NCBI GenBank assembly: GCA_902563055.1
Contig: CACEWE010000005.1
Coordinates: 1-60,053, forward strand
Reading direction: 5' to 3'
Source of the DNA: an uncultured Gammaproteobacteria bacterium
GTDB lineage: Bacteria > Pseudomonadota > Gammaproteobacteria > Francisellales > CACEW01
Length of the DNA stretch: 60,053 nt
Below are positions 1-10,861 of this stretch, piece after piece. The notes below the pieces were generated by a model that made no database searches, was not told the DNA's origin, and saw nothing but the letters and a program-made list of their open reading frames with translations. Made by a program: the position numbers and the translations under genes. Each line of letters begins with the position of its first letter. The first letter of the stretch is position 1.

Positions 1-945
1 AACACCAGCAAAAGCATTAAGATGCTTAGCTGCTGCAACTAGATCAAGACCCAAGGTTTTAAAAACCCCAAAAGCACTTAAGGCATTGGCAATATTATGC
101 TTACCACACAAACTCCAATGCATGTCGGCTATACGCTGATCATAACTCCAAAGACTCCATTGAAAACCCGCCTTATCTTCACACTGCGCATAAAGTTCGC
201 CCTTATCCGCCCCATGAGCAAGGGTCTTAGACCATAAACCTCTGCCAAAAACACGTTCTATAGGATCACAATCAACTGGATGAACGATCATAGCACCTGG
301 CGGCATGGTTTTTAGTAAATAATGAAACTGCTGTTCAATCGCTCCAAGATCTGCATAAATGTCAGCATGGTCAAATTCTAAATTATTCCACACTAAAATA
401 TCCGGCTGATAATGCAAAAACTTTGGCCTTTTATCAAAAAAAGCGCTATCGTACTCATCACCCTCAATAACAAAACAATCGCCCTGGCCGAGGCTCGCAT
501 TGTGCGCTAAATCTAGCGGCATGCCACCAATTAAATACCCAGGCTCATGACCCATTTTTTCCAGCACATAACTAATCATCGCGCATGTTGTAGTTTTACC
601 ATGCGTGCCCGAAACAACAATCTTTTTAGAGTAACGCGATAAAATCTCTGTTTGTAAAAATTGACAAGCACTTTTGTAAGGCATTTTATTATCTAAGATA
701 TGCTCAATAATCGGCATGCCGCGCTGCATGACATTGCCAATAATGATCAAAGCATCCTCGCTTGAGGGTAAATGCGCTACCTCAAAACCCCAATCAACCT
801 GAATGTCAGCATCCTTAAGTACATCGCTCATAGGCTGATAGAGCACTTTGTCACAACCTGACACTTTAAAACCAGCTTGTTTGGCTAACACAGCACACGC
901 TGCCATTAAGGTTCCGCCAATTCCTAGAAAGTAAAGTTGCTTCAT
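1..945 (-). CDS. mpl: Murein peptide ligase (UDP-MurNAc:L-Ala-gamma-D-Glu-mDAP ligase), runs off the window edge
   Basis: Manual translation from ATG at 945: MKQLYFLGIGGTLMAACA..., then VSGTHGKTTT (P-loop), IEGDEYDSAFFDKRPKF, NNLEFDHADI; not in the ORF track because it is truncated. Confidence 0.9.
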   Translation of the reverse strand, partial: MKQLYFLGIGGTLMAACAVLAKQAGFKVSGCDKVLYQPMSDVLKDADIQVDWGFEVAHLPSSEDALIIIGNVMQRGMPIIEHILDNKMPYKSACQFLQTEILSRYSKKIVVSGTHGKTTTCAMISYVLEKMGHEPGYLIGGMPLDLAHNASLGQGDCFVIEGDEYDSAFFDKRPKFLHYQPDILVWNNLEFDHADIYADLGAIEQQFHYLLKTMPPGAMIVHPVDCDPIERVFGRGLWSKTLAHGADKGELYAQCEDKAGFQWSLWSYDQRIADMHWSLCGKHNIANALSAFGVFKTLGLDLVAAAKHLNAFAGV

Positions 946-952
946 GATTTTC

Positions 953-980
953 TTGTATCTTTGCACTAAATGCTTATAAT
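953..980 (+). promoter_or_regulatory. Putative sigma70 promoter for ppa
   Basis: TTGTAT-N16-TATAAT upstream of ppa. Confidence 0.45.
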
Positions 981-1016
981 AAGGGCTTTTAAATTACTAT
1001 GCAAGGGAGCCCTTTT

Positions 1017-1544
1017 ATGAAACCAGTACCTGCCGGAAAATCACTACCTGAAGATTTTAACGTTATTATCGAAATTCCAGCCATGTCTGCCACCCCCATC
1101 AAATACGAATTTGATAAAGATTCCAACATGCTTGTGGTTGATCGTTTTATGGGTACCTGCATGCAATACCCTGCTAACTATGGTTTTATTCCACAAACCT
1201 TATCTGAAGATGGTGATCCTGTAGATGTTTTAGTTGTAAGCCCCTACCCGCTTCTTCCTGGTTCTTATATTCGTGCACGCGCTATTGGCGTTTTAGAAAT
1301 GACCGATGAATCTGGCGTGGATGCAAAATTAATTGCCGTACCTCATCAAAAACTAACCCCGCTTTATGATCATGTTGAAGAAGTTAAAGATTTACCAGAA
1401 CTCTTAACAAAACAAATTCAACACTTTTTTGAAAACTACAAAGCCCTAGAAAAAGGCAAATGGGTAAAAGTAGACGGCTATGCTAGTAAAGCTCGAGCAC
1501 ATGAAATTATTGCTGCAAGTGTTGCACAATTTGCTGATGCCTAA
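1017..1544 (+). CDS. ppa: Inorganic pyrophosphatase (family I)
   Basis: [39 protein letters not shown] motifs; GGGAG RBS favours ATG 1017 over 999. Confidence 0.96.
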   Translation: MKPVPAGKSLPEDFNVIIEIPAMSATPIKYEFDKDSNMLVVDRFMGTCMQYPANYGFIPQTLSEDGDPVDVLVVSPYPLLPGSYIRARAIGVLEMTDESGVDAKLIAVPHQKLTPLYDHVEEVKDLPELLTKQIQHFFENYKALEKGKWVKVDGYASKARAHEIIAASVAQFADA

Positions 1545-2652
1545 ACTTCGCTTTTTTCTAAGCGGCGCTTTAATTTTAAGCAACCTGCTGTGCACACCTG
1601 CTTATAGCGCCGCTTTGTCATCTCAATTGCAATTAGAGCCTATTTCCTTCCAACAACTGCCCCACTGGCAAGAATCAAAACCCAGCGGCATGTTAGAAGG
1701 CTTGAAACGCTCTTGCAGTAAAATGATACGCCAATCCAGCACACCAAAAGCCATGATACATGCATGCAACAACATGCTAAAGATCCCAAGTTCCGCCTCG
1801 GATGCCCAAGTAAAAAAAGCCCTAGAGCAAAACTATCAAGCCATGCGTATTGATAAAGGCAAAAGTGGCTTATTCACCGGCTATTACGCCCCAGTTATTC
1901 CAGGATCCAAACGCTACAGCAGCACTTATAGGGTTCCTATTTATGGCAAACCCACCAATCTTAAGCGCGTGCGTATTAATGGCAAAACCACCTATCGTTT
2001 AGTCAAAGGCAATCAACAGTTTAAAATGGCCTCACGCGGTGAAATTGCAAAAGGGCCTCTTATACCCAACACCCCTGTTTTAGCCTATGTCAAAGATAAA
2101 ATTACGCGCTTCTTCTTGCAAATTCAAGGCTCAGGTTTTATCAGCTTAACCGATGGCAGCACCATGGCTATTGGCTACGATGGAGAAAATGGACATCGCT
2201 ATTATGCTATTGGTCGCTACCTGCTGCAAAAAGGCTATTTAACAAAACAAAATATTTCAGCACAAAGCATTAAAGATTGGCTCTATGCACACCCACAACA
2301 AGCACAATATGTGATGAACCTTAACCCTTCTTTTGTGTTTTTTAGACGCTTAAGCGCACAACAAGTCGTTGGCGCCCAAGGAGTAGAACTGACACCGATG
2401 CGCTCTTTGGCTATTGATCATCGTTATTATAATTATGGCAATATATTTTGGCTTACTACGTCCATCCCAAACCCCAAAAATCACCAAGACCAGGCCTTTA
2501 ACCGTTTAATGATTGGCCAAGATACCGGCGGTGCTATAAAAGGCATGGTACGCGGCGATATCTATTTTGGTCACCTTGATGATGCACCCTACTATGCTTC
2601 TCATATGCAAAACCAAGGTCAGTTGTACCTCTTGCGTGCAAAAATATATTAA
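1537..2652 (+). CDS. mltA: Membrane-bound lytic murein transglycosylase A
   Basis: [32 protein letters not shown]...RGDIYFG (3D domain); start overlapping the ppa stop assumed. Confidence 0.92.
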   Translation: MPKLRFFLSGALILSNLLCTPAYSAALSSQLQLEPISFQQLPHWQESKPSGMLEGLKRSCSKMIRQSSTPKAMIHACNNMLKIPSSASDAQVKKALEQNYQAMRIDKGKSGLFTGYYAPVIPGSKRYSSTYRVPIYGKPTNLKRVRINGKTTYRLVKGNQQFKMASRGEIAKGPLIPNTPVLAYVKDKITRFFLQIQGSGFISLTDGSTMAIGYDGENGHRYYAIGRYLLQKGYLTKQNISAQSIKDWLYAHPQQAQYVMNLNPSFVFFRRLSAQQVVGAQGVELTPMRSLAIDHRYYNYGNIFWLTTSIPNPKNHQDQAFNRLMIGQDTGGAIKGMVRGDIYFGHLDDAPYYASHMQNQGQLYLLRAKIY

Positions 2653-2700
2653 TTTACCTTTGAGCACCCTACACTGCTTGTTTATTTTTAAAATATCCTT

Positions 2701-4182
2701 ATGATACGCCAATTATCTAAAAAGGCGGAAGATTTAATAATGCAAAATAAACCAAAAACGAACTACAGCTATTTTTTAGAGGGCTTATATTACTTGTATG
2801 ATTTTTTCTTAATTAGTTATGCTATACCAGTATTTTACTTATTCTTAGCAAATGACATTCGTGAACAAAATCTCAAGACACTTAATATAGAGAGTAATAT
2901 TGCACTTGAAACCCTGAGCCTTTTGATCTGCTACCCTCTCTATGTCTTCCTACTAGAAGCTCCCAAAGGGGTTGAAGTGTTTGTTGAAAACATGCGTTAT
3001 ATTATCGATGGTAAGTGCACGATTAAAATAGAGCAAGATAATGTTTTTTTTACGGCGATGAAAAACCATCCTACAAAAATGCTTTTAGCCTCTACAGTCA
3101 CCCCTATATTTGTAACTGTATCCCAAGGGTTAGTGTTTTTTATTTTAGGTAAAAATGGATCAAAAATGGTGATAGATAACATCTATGGCGAACACTCTGA
3201 AAATGTTGATTTACCTTTTGGCCTTGGCTCTTGTTTCATCAATATCATACTTTACACCTATTCATATCTTAAATTGTATATAGAAAATTTTCTTAATAAA
3301 AAACCAAACAGCGCTTCCCATAACCACACTTGGAAAAACTGGAACCTTTTTATAACATTTCTAGATTTATTTTGTAAAATATACACTGCAACGTATGTAA
3401 TGGATGGTTTTGAAGCAACAAAAATTGATACATCACTGCCTTTTAGTACTCAATTGAAATATCTACAGGGTGATACTATGCCTGCCATGGCTTATAAAAG
3501 TCCCTTCCTGTGGTCTAGTGAAGCCCTCTTACTCTCAAGCCTTGAAAACCCTTGGGGGCTTTACAGTAAGAAGAAAAACAGCATAACAACAGATAAAGGA
3601 AAAAGAATCTATAATATGATAAAAGGACTACAAGGCGCTTGTATATTTATTGCTGTGGTAATGATCCCTGCACTTAAGCTATCAAGTCGTTTTTCACTTG
3701 GGCTGTTATCCTTTTCAGGTATGCTCCAATCAAAAATAATTGAAACAATCAGGAAGAAATATTGTGATTCAGAGCGGGAAGAAGGTAGTGTTTCAAGATC
3801 AGAATATCAAACTATTACCATCCCCCCCCTTTATCGTTTTGCGATTTTTCCATTGATACAAATTTGTAGTTTTTGCAGCATGCTTAGCTGCATTTCACTT
3901 ACGGTTGCCGCTGGTAAAAATGATGCAACATCATTGCCTTTTGTCCAAGAACTAAAACATATGCTAGAAAATCAACCTTTCTACTATCTAGCCCTACTTG
4001 GAACAGGACAGGTAGGTTTTTTAGCCAATCAATTGGGCGTCGTCAATCTTAGGTCATTACTTTTAGCACACCTTGCTAATACCCAAGGGCATACCCACCC
4101 CGACGAGGGTCAAACGCCCCTTCTAGATGAGGAAACTGGCTTTGGGACTTCTGCTTCAGTATACACTCCACTGCGCCAATAG
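2701..4182 (+). CDS. Orphan multi-pass membrane protein, candidate effector
   Basis: 493-aa ORF with many hydrophobic segments and no recognisable family; 3' end overlaps ggt by 107 bp. Confidence 0.65.
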   Translation: MIRQLSKKAEDLIMQNKPKTNYSYFLEGLYYLYDFFLISYAIPVFYLFLANDIREQNLKTLNIESNIALETLSLLICYPLYVFLLEAPKGVEVFVENMRYIIDGKCTIKIEQDNVFFTAMKNHPTKMLLASTVTPIFVTVSQGLVFFILGKNGSKMVIDNIYGEHSENVDLPFGLGSCFINIILYTYSYLKLYIENFLNKKPNSASHNHTWKNWNLFITFLDLFCKIYTATYVMDGFEATKIDTSLPFSTQLKYLQGDTMPAMAYKSPFLWSSEALLLSSLENPWGLYSKKKNSITTDKGKRIYNMIKGLQGACIFIAVVMIPALKLSSRFSLGLLSFSGMLQSKIIETIRKKYCDSEREEGSVSRSEYQTITIPPLYRFAIFPLIQICSFCSMLSCISLTVAAGKNDATSLPFVQELKHMLENQPFYYLALLGTGQVGFLANQLGVVNLRSLLLAHLANTQGHTHPDEGQTPLLDEETGFGTSASVYTPLRQ

Positions 4183-5812
4183 CTGGCCCTTGAACCAGTT
4201 TATGGCCCATGCTTTGAAGTTTAGCCAAGGTATCAGGAGAAATCCCTTGCTCAAACTGAATAGAATCAGGCCAGGCTTGAGAGTGAATTCTTGGCGCTGC
4301 AACACTGCTTGCTAAATTAAGGTGGTAATCGATCACATTTAACATAACTTGCAACACTGCATTAATAATACGCGACCCTCCTGGCGACCCCATCACTAGA
4401 AAAACCTGTTTATTTTTAAGCACAATGCTAGGGGTCATAGAGCTTAAGGGCCGCTTGCCTGGTGCAATTAAATTTGCACTACCCTGGCGTAATCCGTACA
4501 TATTTGCTTGCCCTGGAATAATAGTAAAATCATCTAATTCATTATTTAGCAAAAAGCCTAAGCCTGGAACGACATACCCATTACCATAAGCATGATTTAA
4601 GGTATACGTATTAGAAACAGCATTCCCATCTTTATCAAGTACCGAATAGTGGGTGGTTTGTGGCGCCTCATCAACTGAATTATCCATCGCAATTTTTTGC
4701 GGAGGCATGTGTTTAGAAATGTTAATCTTTGACGCCAAAACATCTGCATGCTTGGGTGATAACAAACGCTTTTGAGGAATAGAAATAAAATCAGGATCTG
4801 CTAGATATTGATTGCGATCTAAGTATGCTAAATTCATTGCCTCGCTCATAACGTGCAAAGACTGCGCGCTATTATGACCCCACTTTGCAAGCGGAAAATG
4901 TGAGAGAATTTGTAGCATTTCAATAAGCGTGATGCCTCCAGAACTTGGCGGTGGCATAGAGTAAATATGATACCCTTTATAAGGCGCCATCACAGGAGTG
5001 CGCCATTTTGCTTGATAATGGGCTAAATCTTTGGCCGTAACCTTACCACCAAAACGCGCCATCGCACGCGCCAAGCGTTGTGCCACCGGTCCATGATAAA
5101 AACCATCCGCACCTTTTTGTGCAATGGCTTTTAAGGTTTGAGCTAAATCTTTTTGGCGAAGCAATTCACCCTGGCGATATGGCCTCCCATCAGGATGCAA
5201 GAAAACAGCGCTGCTAGCATGCGAGCGCGCAAGATACGCTTGCATATGCAGCAAGGAAAGCGCTAAATCTTGATTGACCACCATACCGTTCTCAGCCAAT
5301 TCAATAGCTGGTTCCATTAGGGTTTTAAGCGGCAAGCTGCCATACTTTTGCGCAGCCTCTGTAAGCCCCATCACGGTACCTGGAACACCTGCAGATAAAT
5401 AAGAACCGGTAACCTTATGACGATCTACTTGATGATCCTTTGTAATAAAGTCTTGAGGTGAGATAGAGCCTGGAGCCACTTCACGATAATCTAGCGCCAA
5501 CATCTTGTGCTCTTTTTGCAGCCAGATTAACATAAAACCACCGCCGCCAAGATTTCCTGCCCGAGGCAAAGAAACCGCCATCGCAAAACCCATTGCCACC
5601 GCCGCATCCACCGCATTACCACCCTCTTTGAGTATATCAAGGCCAATTTTAGTAGCGATAGGGTCTTGCGACACCACCATTGCATGAGACGATATAGTTG
5701 GCATAAAACGCTGCCCAGCAACATCTTGATTAGCAGGCTCTTGAGCAAAAGAAACCAAGCTTAAAAAAGAGAGAACAAGAGAAAAAACAGAAAGTGTAAA
5801 GGCTTTAAACAT
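4076..5812 (-). CDS. ggt: Gamma-glutamyltransferase
   Basis: GGNAVDAAVA, GNLGGGGFM, TTHYSVLD (catalytic Thr), PGKRPLSSMTP, GSPGGSRI; signal peptide from MFKAFT (track start is 5866). Confidence 0.96.
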   Translation of the reverse strand: MFKAFTLSVFSLVLSFLSLVSFAQEPANQDVAGQRFMPTISSHAMVVSQDPIATKIGLDILKEGGNAVDAAVAMGFAMAVSLPRAGNLGGGGFMLIWLQKEHKMLALDYREVAPGSISPQDFITKDHQVDRHKVTGSYLSAGVPGTVMGLTEAAQKYGSLPLKTLMEPAIELAENGMVVNQDLALSLLHMQAYLARSHASSAVFLHPDGRPYRQGELLRQKDLAQTLKAIAQKGADGFYHGPVAQRLARAMARFGGKVTAKDLAHYQAKWRTPVMAPYKGYHIYSMPPPSSGGITLIEMLQILSHFPLAKWGHNSAQSLHVMSEAMNLAYLDRNQYLADPDFISIPQKRLLSPKHADVLASKINISKHMPPQKIAMDNSVDEAPQTTHYSVLDKDGNAVSNTYTLNHAYGNGYVVPGLGFLLNNELDDFTIIPGQANMYGLRQGSANLIAPGKRPLSSMTPSIVLKNKQVFLVMGSPGGSRIINAVLQVMLNVIDYHLNLASSVAAPRIHSQAWPDSIQFEQGISPDTLAKLQSMGHKLVQGPAIGAVECILKQKSQSQFPHLEGAFDPRRGGYALGY

Positions 5813-5951
5813 ATAATTTTTTAATGACAAAAAAAGTAGACTACCATGAAAAATAGTCCTTTGCACCTATGCGTACAGCGCCTAGACAAAACAATTGCCA
5901 AAAGCTATGTAATTTGTTAGAATTGGCCGATTTTTAACAAGCGGTTCAAAT

Positions 5952-7286
5952 ATGGCAATGCAAGCACAAAAAAACTATTTTATCAAGACCTTTGGCTGTC
6001 AGATGAATGTCTATGATTCACAAAAAATGGCCGATATTCTTGAAAACAATATGGGTTACACGCCAACTGAAGATGTTAATACTGCCGATCTTATTTTAGT
6101 CAACACCTGCTCGATTCGTGAAAAAGCCCAAGAAAAACTTTTCGATCAACTTGGCCGTTTTAAAAAACTCAAAGCAAAAAACCAAGACCTCCTTATTGGT
6201 GTTGGCGGTTGTGTGGCCTCTCAAGAAGGCGATGCGATTATTAAACGTGCGCCGCACGTTGATTTGGTTTTTGGACCTCAAACGCTCCATCGTATTCCAG
6301 AGCTGGTAGAGACGAGGCTTAAAACTAAAAAAGCCACTGTGGATATTCGCTTTCCCGGCATTGATAAATTTGATGCACTGCCAGCGCCGCGCGCTGAAGG
6401 AGTTAAAGCCTTTGTTTCCATTATGGAAGGCTGCTCAAAGTACTGTTCCTATTGCGTTGTGCCTTATACCCGTGGTGACGAACTGTCACGACCTTTTGAT
6501 GATGTCCTAGCAGAATGCGCAATGCTTGCCGATCAAGGCGTGCGCGAAATCACCCTTTTGGGTCAAAATGTCAATCATTACCTTGGTAAAATGGCCGATG
6601 GCAATGTTGCTGACCTTGCCCTATTAATTGACTATATCGCAGCTTTAGATGGCATCTTACGCATTCGTTTTACCACCTCACACCCGGTTGAATTCTCCAG
6701 TACTTTAATCGATGCCTACAAAGAAGTTCCCAAACTAGCAAACCACCTGCACCTTCCAGTACAAAGTGGCTCTGATAGAGTATTGGCACTTATGAAACGT
6801 GGCCATACCGCTTTAGAATTTAAAAGCAAAATGCGCGCGCTGCGCGCCGTAAGACCGGATATTTGTATCTCAACTGACATGATCGTGGGCTTTCCGGGTG
6901 AAACCGAAGTAGACTTCCAACAAACCCTAGATTTGGTTGAAACCATAGGATTTGATCAATCCTTTAGTTTTATTTATAGCGCACGCCCAGGAACCCCTGC
7001 TGCACAAATTCCAGATGATACCCCCATGAGCGAGAAAAAAGATCGTCTGGCTCGGCTGCAAGCACTTTTTGCCAAGCAGGCTAGAGATATAAGTCAAAAC
7101 ATGGTCGGAAAAAGTTATCCGGTACTGGTAGATGGACCAAGCAAACAAGATAAAAATGTCCTCTCCTCACGTAGCGAAAATAATCGTATTGTCCACTTTC
7201 ATGGACCCAAATCCTTAATTGGCCAAATTATTCCAGTGACCATCACCGAAGCCCTACCTAATTGCTTACGTGGGCGCCTGGAATAG
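5952..7286 (+). CDS. miaB: tRNA-2-methylthio-N6-dimethylallyladenosine synthase
   Basis: [20 protein letters not shown], radical-SAM CSKYCSYC, C-terminal TRAM domain. Confidence 0.97.
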   Translation: MAMQAQKNYFIKTFGCQMNVYDSQKMADILENNMGYTPTEDVNTADLILVNTCSIREKAQEKLFDQLGRFKKLKAKNQDLLIGVGGCVASQEGDAIIKRAPHVDLVFGPQTLHRIPELVETRLKTKKATVDIRFPGIDKFDALPAPRAEGVKAFVSIMEGCSKYCSYCVVPYTRGDELSRPFDDVLAECAMLADQGVREITLLGQNVNHYLGKMADGNVADLALLIDYIAALDGILRIRFTTSHPVEFSSTLIDAYKEVPKLANHLHLPVQSGSDRVLALMKRGHTALEFKSKMRALRAVRPDICISTDMIVGFPGETEVDFQQTLDLVETIGFDQSFSFIYSARPGTPAAQIPDDTPMSEKKDRLARLQALFAKQARDISQNMVGKSYPVLVDGPSKQDKNVLSSRSENNRIVHFHGPKSLIGQIIPVTITEALPNCLRGRLE

Positions 7287-8330
7287 GCTAGAACCTGTTT
7301 GTGCTTGCTTTTCTTCGAGAAGCATTTGTTCAAAAAGAGTCCTAAATTCTGCAGCAGATGCCCTATCTTCTGCCAAGGCTTCCTGCTTCACCTCACTCTG
7401 CTTATCTAATGCTTCAAGAAATTGATAATAGAAAATAAAAACCCTTGAAGCTTCAAATATGGATATAAGCGCTTCAACGTTACCCGAAGGCACAAGACCT
7501 GGAAGTGTATCCATTGTTTCAGATACAATAAAACCATAATCCTTTTGTTGTATCGCCGAAACATTGCCATTTTTTGCAATAACAACATAGCGCAATAAAG
7601 CGCTATTAACACTTGTAAACAAATGTATAATCTTTTGTTCTAAAACTTCAGCCTGATTTTTTTTCTTTTGTAATAATTTCTTTGAAAGCTTTTGAGATGT
7701 ACTATGCACGTTTCCCTCTCTTCCTATACTTTTAGATAGTAAAAAATCTGTTCTTAAAGCTTCATACTCCTCCAATAAATCATTGATCAAACATAAACAA
7801 CGGTTTAAGGCATCTAAATCAGCATAATAACTTATATTAAAACTAACATCATCAAGTAAACTAAAATCCAAAATAGAATCTTGAAAAGTTTTATCACCAA
7901 TAATCAGGAACATATGATATTTTACATCAGCCCAATCAGATTTACCAAAACCATGGCGCTTTGCTGACCTAATATAGCAAACACAACAATGGATCCCATG
8001 CTTAGAAGATATAAAGGAAAAAGATCGTATCGGCATAAAACAATCTGAAGGATGGTACACCGAATCTATTTCAAAGCCACTAAAACTTGTGTAGTGTTTA
8101 AAAGCTGCTTTTATCGCTTCACTCATAAAGGGCGCACTATTGAATATAAAAGTAAAAATAGACTGCAAATTTTCATAAATTTTATTAAAAACATCAGCAA
8201 CATCAGGCTTGGATTCTTGTAGTACAATAGTTTTTTCGACCTTCAGCATAGGAGGCATACAAGGCTGCTCTTTGAGCTTAGTCTTGGCCTTAGCCTTTTT
8301 TTTATCTTTCTTTCCCTTTCTTTTTGGCAT
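7266..8330 (-). CDS. Orphan protein with a Lys-rich NLS-like N-terminus, candidate effector
   Basis: 354-aa AT-rich ORF starting [16 protein letters not shown]; overlaps the miaB end convergently by 21 bp. Confidence 0.7.
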   Translation of the reverse strand: MPKRKGKKDKKKAKAKTKLKEQPCMPPMLKVEKTIVLQESKPDVADVFNKIYENLQSIFTFIFNSAPFMSEAIKAAFKHYTSFSGFEIDSVYHPSDCFMPIRSFSFISSKHGIHCCVCYIRSAKRHGFGKSDWADVKYHMFLIIGDKTFQDSILDFSLLDDVSFNISYYADLDALNRCLCLINDLLEEYEALRTDFLLSKSIGREGNVHSTSQKLSKKLLQKKKNQAEVLEQKIIHLFTSVNSALLRYVVIAKNGNVSAIQQKDYGFIVSETMDTLPGLVPSGNVEALISIFEASRVFIFYYQFLEALDKQSEVKQEALAEDRASAAEFRTLFEQMLLEEKQAQTGSSLFQAPT

Positions 8331-8420
8331 AAAAAAAAATTAATAAAATATTACGATAAAACATAACACAAAATAAAAAAAAATACACCATGTTATATGA
8401 AAGATTGTTTAGAAAATATG

Positions 8421-8446
8421 AAAAAAAGCCATCTTAAAAAGATGGC
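8421..8446 (-). terminator. Rho-independent terminator of the tRNA operon
   Basis: Minus strand GCCATCTT-TTT-AAGATGGC followed by T7; the stem includes the tRNA-Glu 3' GCCA. Confidence 0.7.
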
Positions 8447-8518
8447 GTCCCCAAGGGGATTCGAACCCCTGTTGCCGCCGTGAAAGGGCAGTGTCCTAGG
8501 CCTCTAGACGATGGGGAC
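8443..8518 (-). tRNA. tRNA-Glu (TTC)
   Basis: GTCCCCATCGTCTAGAGGCCTAGGACACTGCCCTTTCACGGCGG...GTTCGAATCCCCTTGGGGACGCCA, 76 nt with encoded CCA. Confidence 0.97.
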
Positions 8519-8541
8519 CTAGATTGTAAGCTATAGCGCTC

Positions 8542-8617
<76 letters not shown>

Positions 8618-8626
8618 GAAGCCGGT

Positions 8627-8655
8627 ATTATATGCAATTACAAATGCGCAGTCAA
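8627..8655 (-). promoter_or_regulatory. sigma70 promoter of the tRNA-Ala/Glu operon
   Basis: TTGACT-N17-TATAAT followed by a GC-rich discriminator (ACCGGC) just upstream of tRNA-Ala. Confidence 0.85.
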
Positions 8656-8702
8656 GCAATAATTTTAAACTTTTAAAAATTATTTAAAAAATCATAGAAT
8701 TT

Positions 8703-9620
8703 TTAAGAGCTTAATAAAGAAGATTTCTCTGTTGGCTTTGAATGATTTATATCAAATCTAGTCGTAAAGTTGTACCGATCACGCCCTTGAGGAATCATTT
8801 CTAATAGATTTTTAGTATAATTTAAGGGCATCTCAAAATATCTTTCTATACCAAGACACAGGTCTAAAAAAATATAGCGCTTTTTTAAGTCAGGATCTGT
8901 TACAGCTCTCCACGTTTTATTAAAATCTATTGCACTGGATCTAAAATGATGCGCTTTTTCTAAATAGTCAGGCCCTGAGACATCAGGATTGATACAATGC
9001 TCTAAATCATTATCAACAAGAAGATAACTCCCATGACCGCAACAAACACCTAAAGATTGCAAAAAACCATGCTTAAGCTTTCTATATTCATGTCTACGAT
9101 CTTCTTCTGACAAAGGCTTCCAAGTTTTTTTGCTAGTATTATAGCTTTCAAATAATAATTCCGTGGATTGTGAATATCCTACTCTTTTTATTGATAAACC
9201 ACTATACCTGTGCAAATTAGAATCAGCATAAAATCTTTTTAAATGCTTAAAATTATACACCTTTGAACTTTCTACACCATAACTCTTTAACACTTCATGT
9301 ATATTGTTCTGACTATCCAATTTTTTAGCGTCATTAATCCACGTACCGGTAGTACAAAACCCTATTTTAAAACCTTTTTCCTTAAGCTCATTGAAAATAG
9401 CCTGATAATGGTCTTTCCCAATCAGATAAAAATATGATTCATTAAGCTCAACTATATCTTTCTCTTCCACCTTGAATATTCCAATATTAATTGAACCCTT
9501 ATCCTCTATAGTATCCTTCTCAGCTTCAGACAAAAGATGAAAAAAGGTGTCATCGATATCAAAAAAGATATGTTTTAGCCCAGGGCCACATAAATAGTTC
9601 CGAAACAAACAACAGAACAT
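8703..9620 (-). CDS. HAD-like orphan, paralog 1
   Basis: HIFFDIDDT (HAD motif I DxDxT), GFCTTG (motif II), YLLVDND (motif IV-like); likely start MFCCLFRNYLCGP. Confidence 0.7.
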   Translation of the reverse strand: MFCCLFRNYLCGPGLKHIFFDIDDTFFHLLSEAEKDTIEDKGSINIGIFKVEEKDIVELNESYFYLIGKDHYQAIFNELKEKGFKIGFCTTGTWINDAKKLDSQNNIHEVLKSYGVESSKVYNFKHLKRFYADSNLHRYSGLSIKRVGYSQSTELLFESYNTSKKTWKPLSEEDRRHEYRKLKHGFLQSLGVCCGHGSYLLVDNDLEHCINPDVSGPDYLEKAHHFRSSAIDFNKTWRAVTDPDLKKRYIFLDLCLGIERYFEMPLNYTKNLLEMIPQGRDRYNFTTRFDINHSKPTEKSSLLSS

Positions 9621-9670
9621 ATTAAAAAAGATTAAAACAAAACAAAAAAATATCAAAAAAATATTACAAC

Positions 9671-9712
9671 ATCAAGTTTATTTAAGCAAAAATTAAATAT
9701 ATATTGTTTTCT
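9671..9712 (-). promoter_or_regulatory. Conserved upstream block, also at 10808-10847
   Basis: atcaagtttatttaagcaaaaattaaatat vs atcaagcttatttaagcaaaaatcaaatat upstream of both HAD paralogs. Confidence 0.55.
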
Positions 9713-9796
9713 TTATAGCAGCAGCCAAAGACACCATACCCTAGATAGCTAAGTATTCATTTTAAAATTCTATGTTTTTTTAAAAGCATAGGATCT

Positions 9797-10756
9797 CTAC
9801 ACTCTAGATACAGAAATATCTTCTTTTGAACTTTTATGGTTTTTGTAAAGTCTATCCCTAAAGTTATTAATATTTGCATTTTCACCAGTCTTATCATCAA
9901 TACTCTTGAATAGTTTCTCAGTATATTCTAGAGGCATATTGAAATACTCTTCTATACCCAGACATAGGTCTAAAAACACATAGTGTTCTTTTAAGGCAGT
10001 ATCCATATCATCGTGCCACATATTTTTAAAATCTCTTACACTAAACCTAAAATGATGCGCCTTTTTTAAATACTCGCCTTGAGAAGAATCGTATGCGCTT
10101 GCGGGTTTTTTAGCCCTAACACAATGATTCTTATCATTATCAACAAGAAGATAGGTACTTCCAAGACAAGAAGTATCCAAAGATTCCAAAAAGCCATGTT
10201 TAAGGGTACTGTATTCATAAAGAAATTCTTCGCCAAAAATAGGCAGCCAGTAGTGATTATCCCTATCATAGATTTGAAATTCTATGACCGTTTGATCTTT
10301 TTTACCTGTTTTGGAAAACTTGCAGCGCTTTATTGATAGGTCATCGCCTATATTAGAATTATAATATTTCTTTAATTCATCAAAATTAAATACTCTTGAG
10401 CTTTCTAAACAATATTTCTTTAATAGTTCGTGTATATTACTTGGACTTGTGTTATGTGAATCAAAATCATTAACCCAGTCACCGGCAGTACAAAACCCTA
10501 TTTCAAAACCTTCATTCTCTAGCTCATTGAAAATAGCCTGATAATGGTCTTTCCCTATCAGATAAAAATACGATCCATTATGCTTAATTATATCTTCTTC
10601 TCGCACATTGAATATTCCAATATTAATTGAACCCTTATCATATAAAGTTTTACTTTCACCTGAAGATAAAAAATGAAAAAAGGTATCATCAATATCAAAA
10701 AAGATACGTTTTGCCCTAGGGCCACATAAAAACTCCCAAATCGAACAACACAACAT
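9797..10756 (-). CDS. HAD-like orphan, paralog 2
   Basis: RIFFDIDDT, GFCTAG, YLLVDND; long identical blocks shared with paralog 1 (YFYLIGKDHYQAIFNEL, FLDLCLGIE); likely start MLCCSIWEFLCGP. Confidence 0.7.
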   Translation of the reverse strand: MLCCSIWEFLCGPRAKRIFFDIDDTFFHFLSSGESKTLYDKGSINIGIFNVREEDIIKHNGSYFYLIGKDHYQAIFNELENEGFEIGFCTAGDWVNDFDSHNTSPSNIHELLKKYCLESSRVFNFDELKKYYNSNIGDDLSIKRCKFSKTGKKDQTVIEFQIYDRDNHYWLPIFGEEFLYEYSTLKHGFLESLDTSCLGSTYLLVDNDKNHCVRAKKPASAYDSSQGEYLKKAHHFRFSVRDFKNMWHDDMDTALKEHYVFLDLCLGIEEYFNMPLEYTEKLFKSIDDKTGENANINNFRDRLYKNHKSSKEDISVSRV

Positions 10757-10861
10757 AGGACAAAGGCTTAAACTAAAGCAAAAAAAATAACAAAACCACA
10801 TCACATGATCAAGCTTATTTAAGCAAAAATCAAATATATTATTTTCTATATGCTAGCGTCC

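Noticed and set aside
9621-9656. Phe/Cys-rich N-terminal extensions on orphan ORFs (also 10757-10804 and near 39523) as signal or TM segments
   Set aside because: Likely translation of T-rich leader DNA from non-ATG or upstream starts; similarity between the paralogs starts at the downstream ATG
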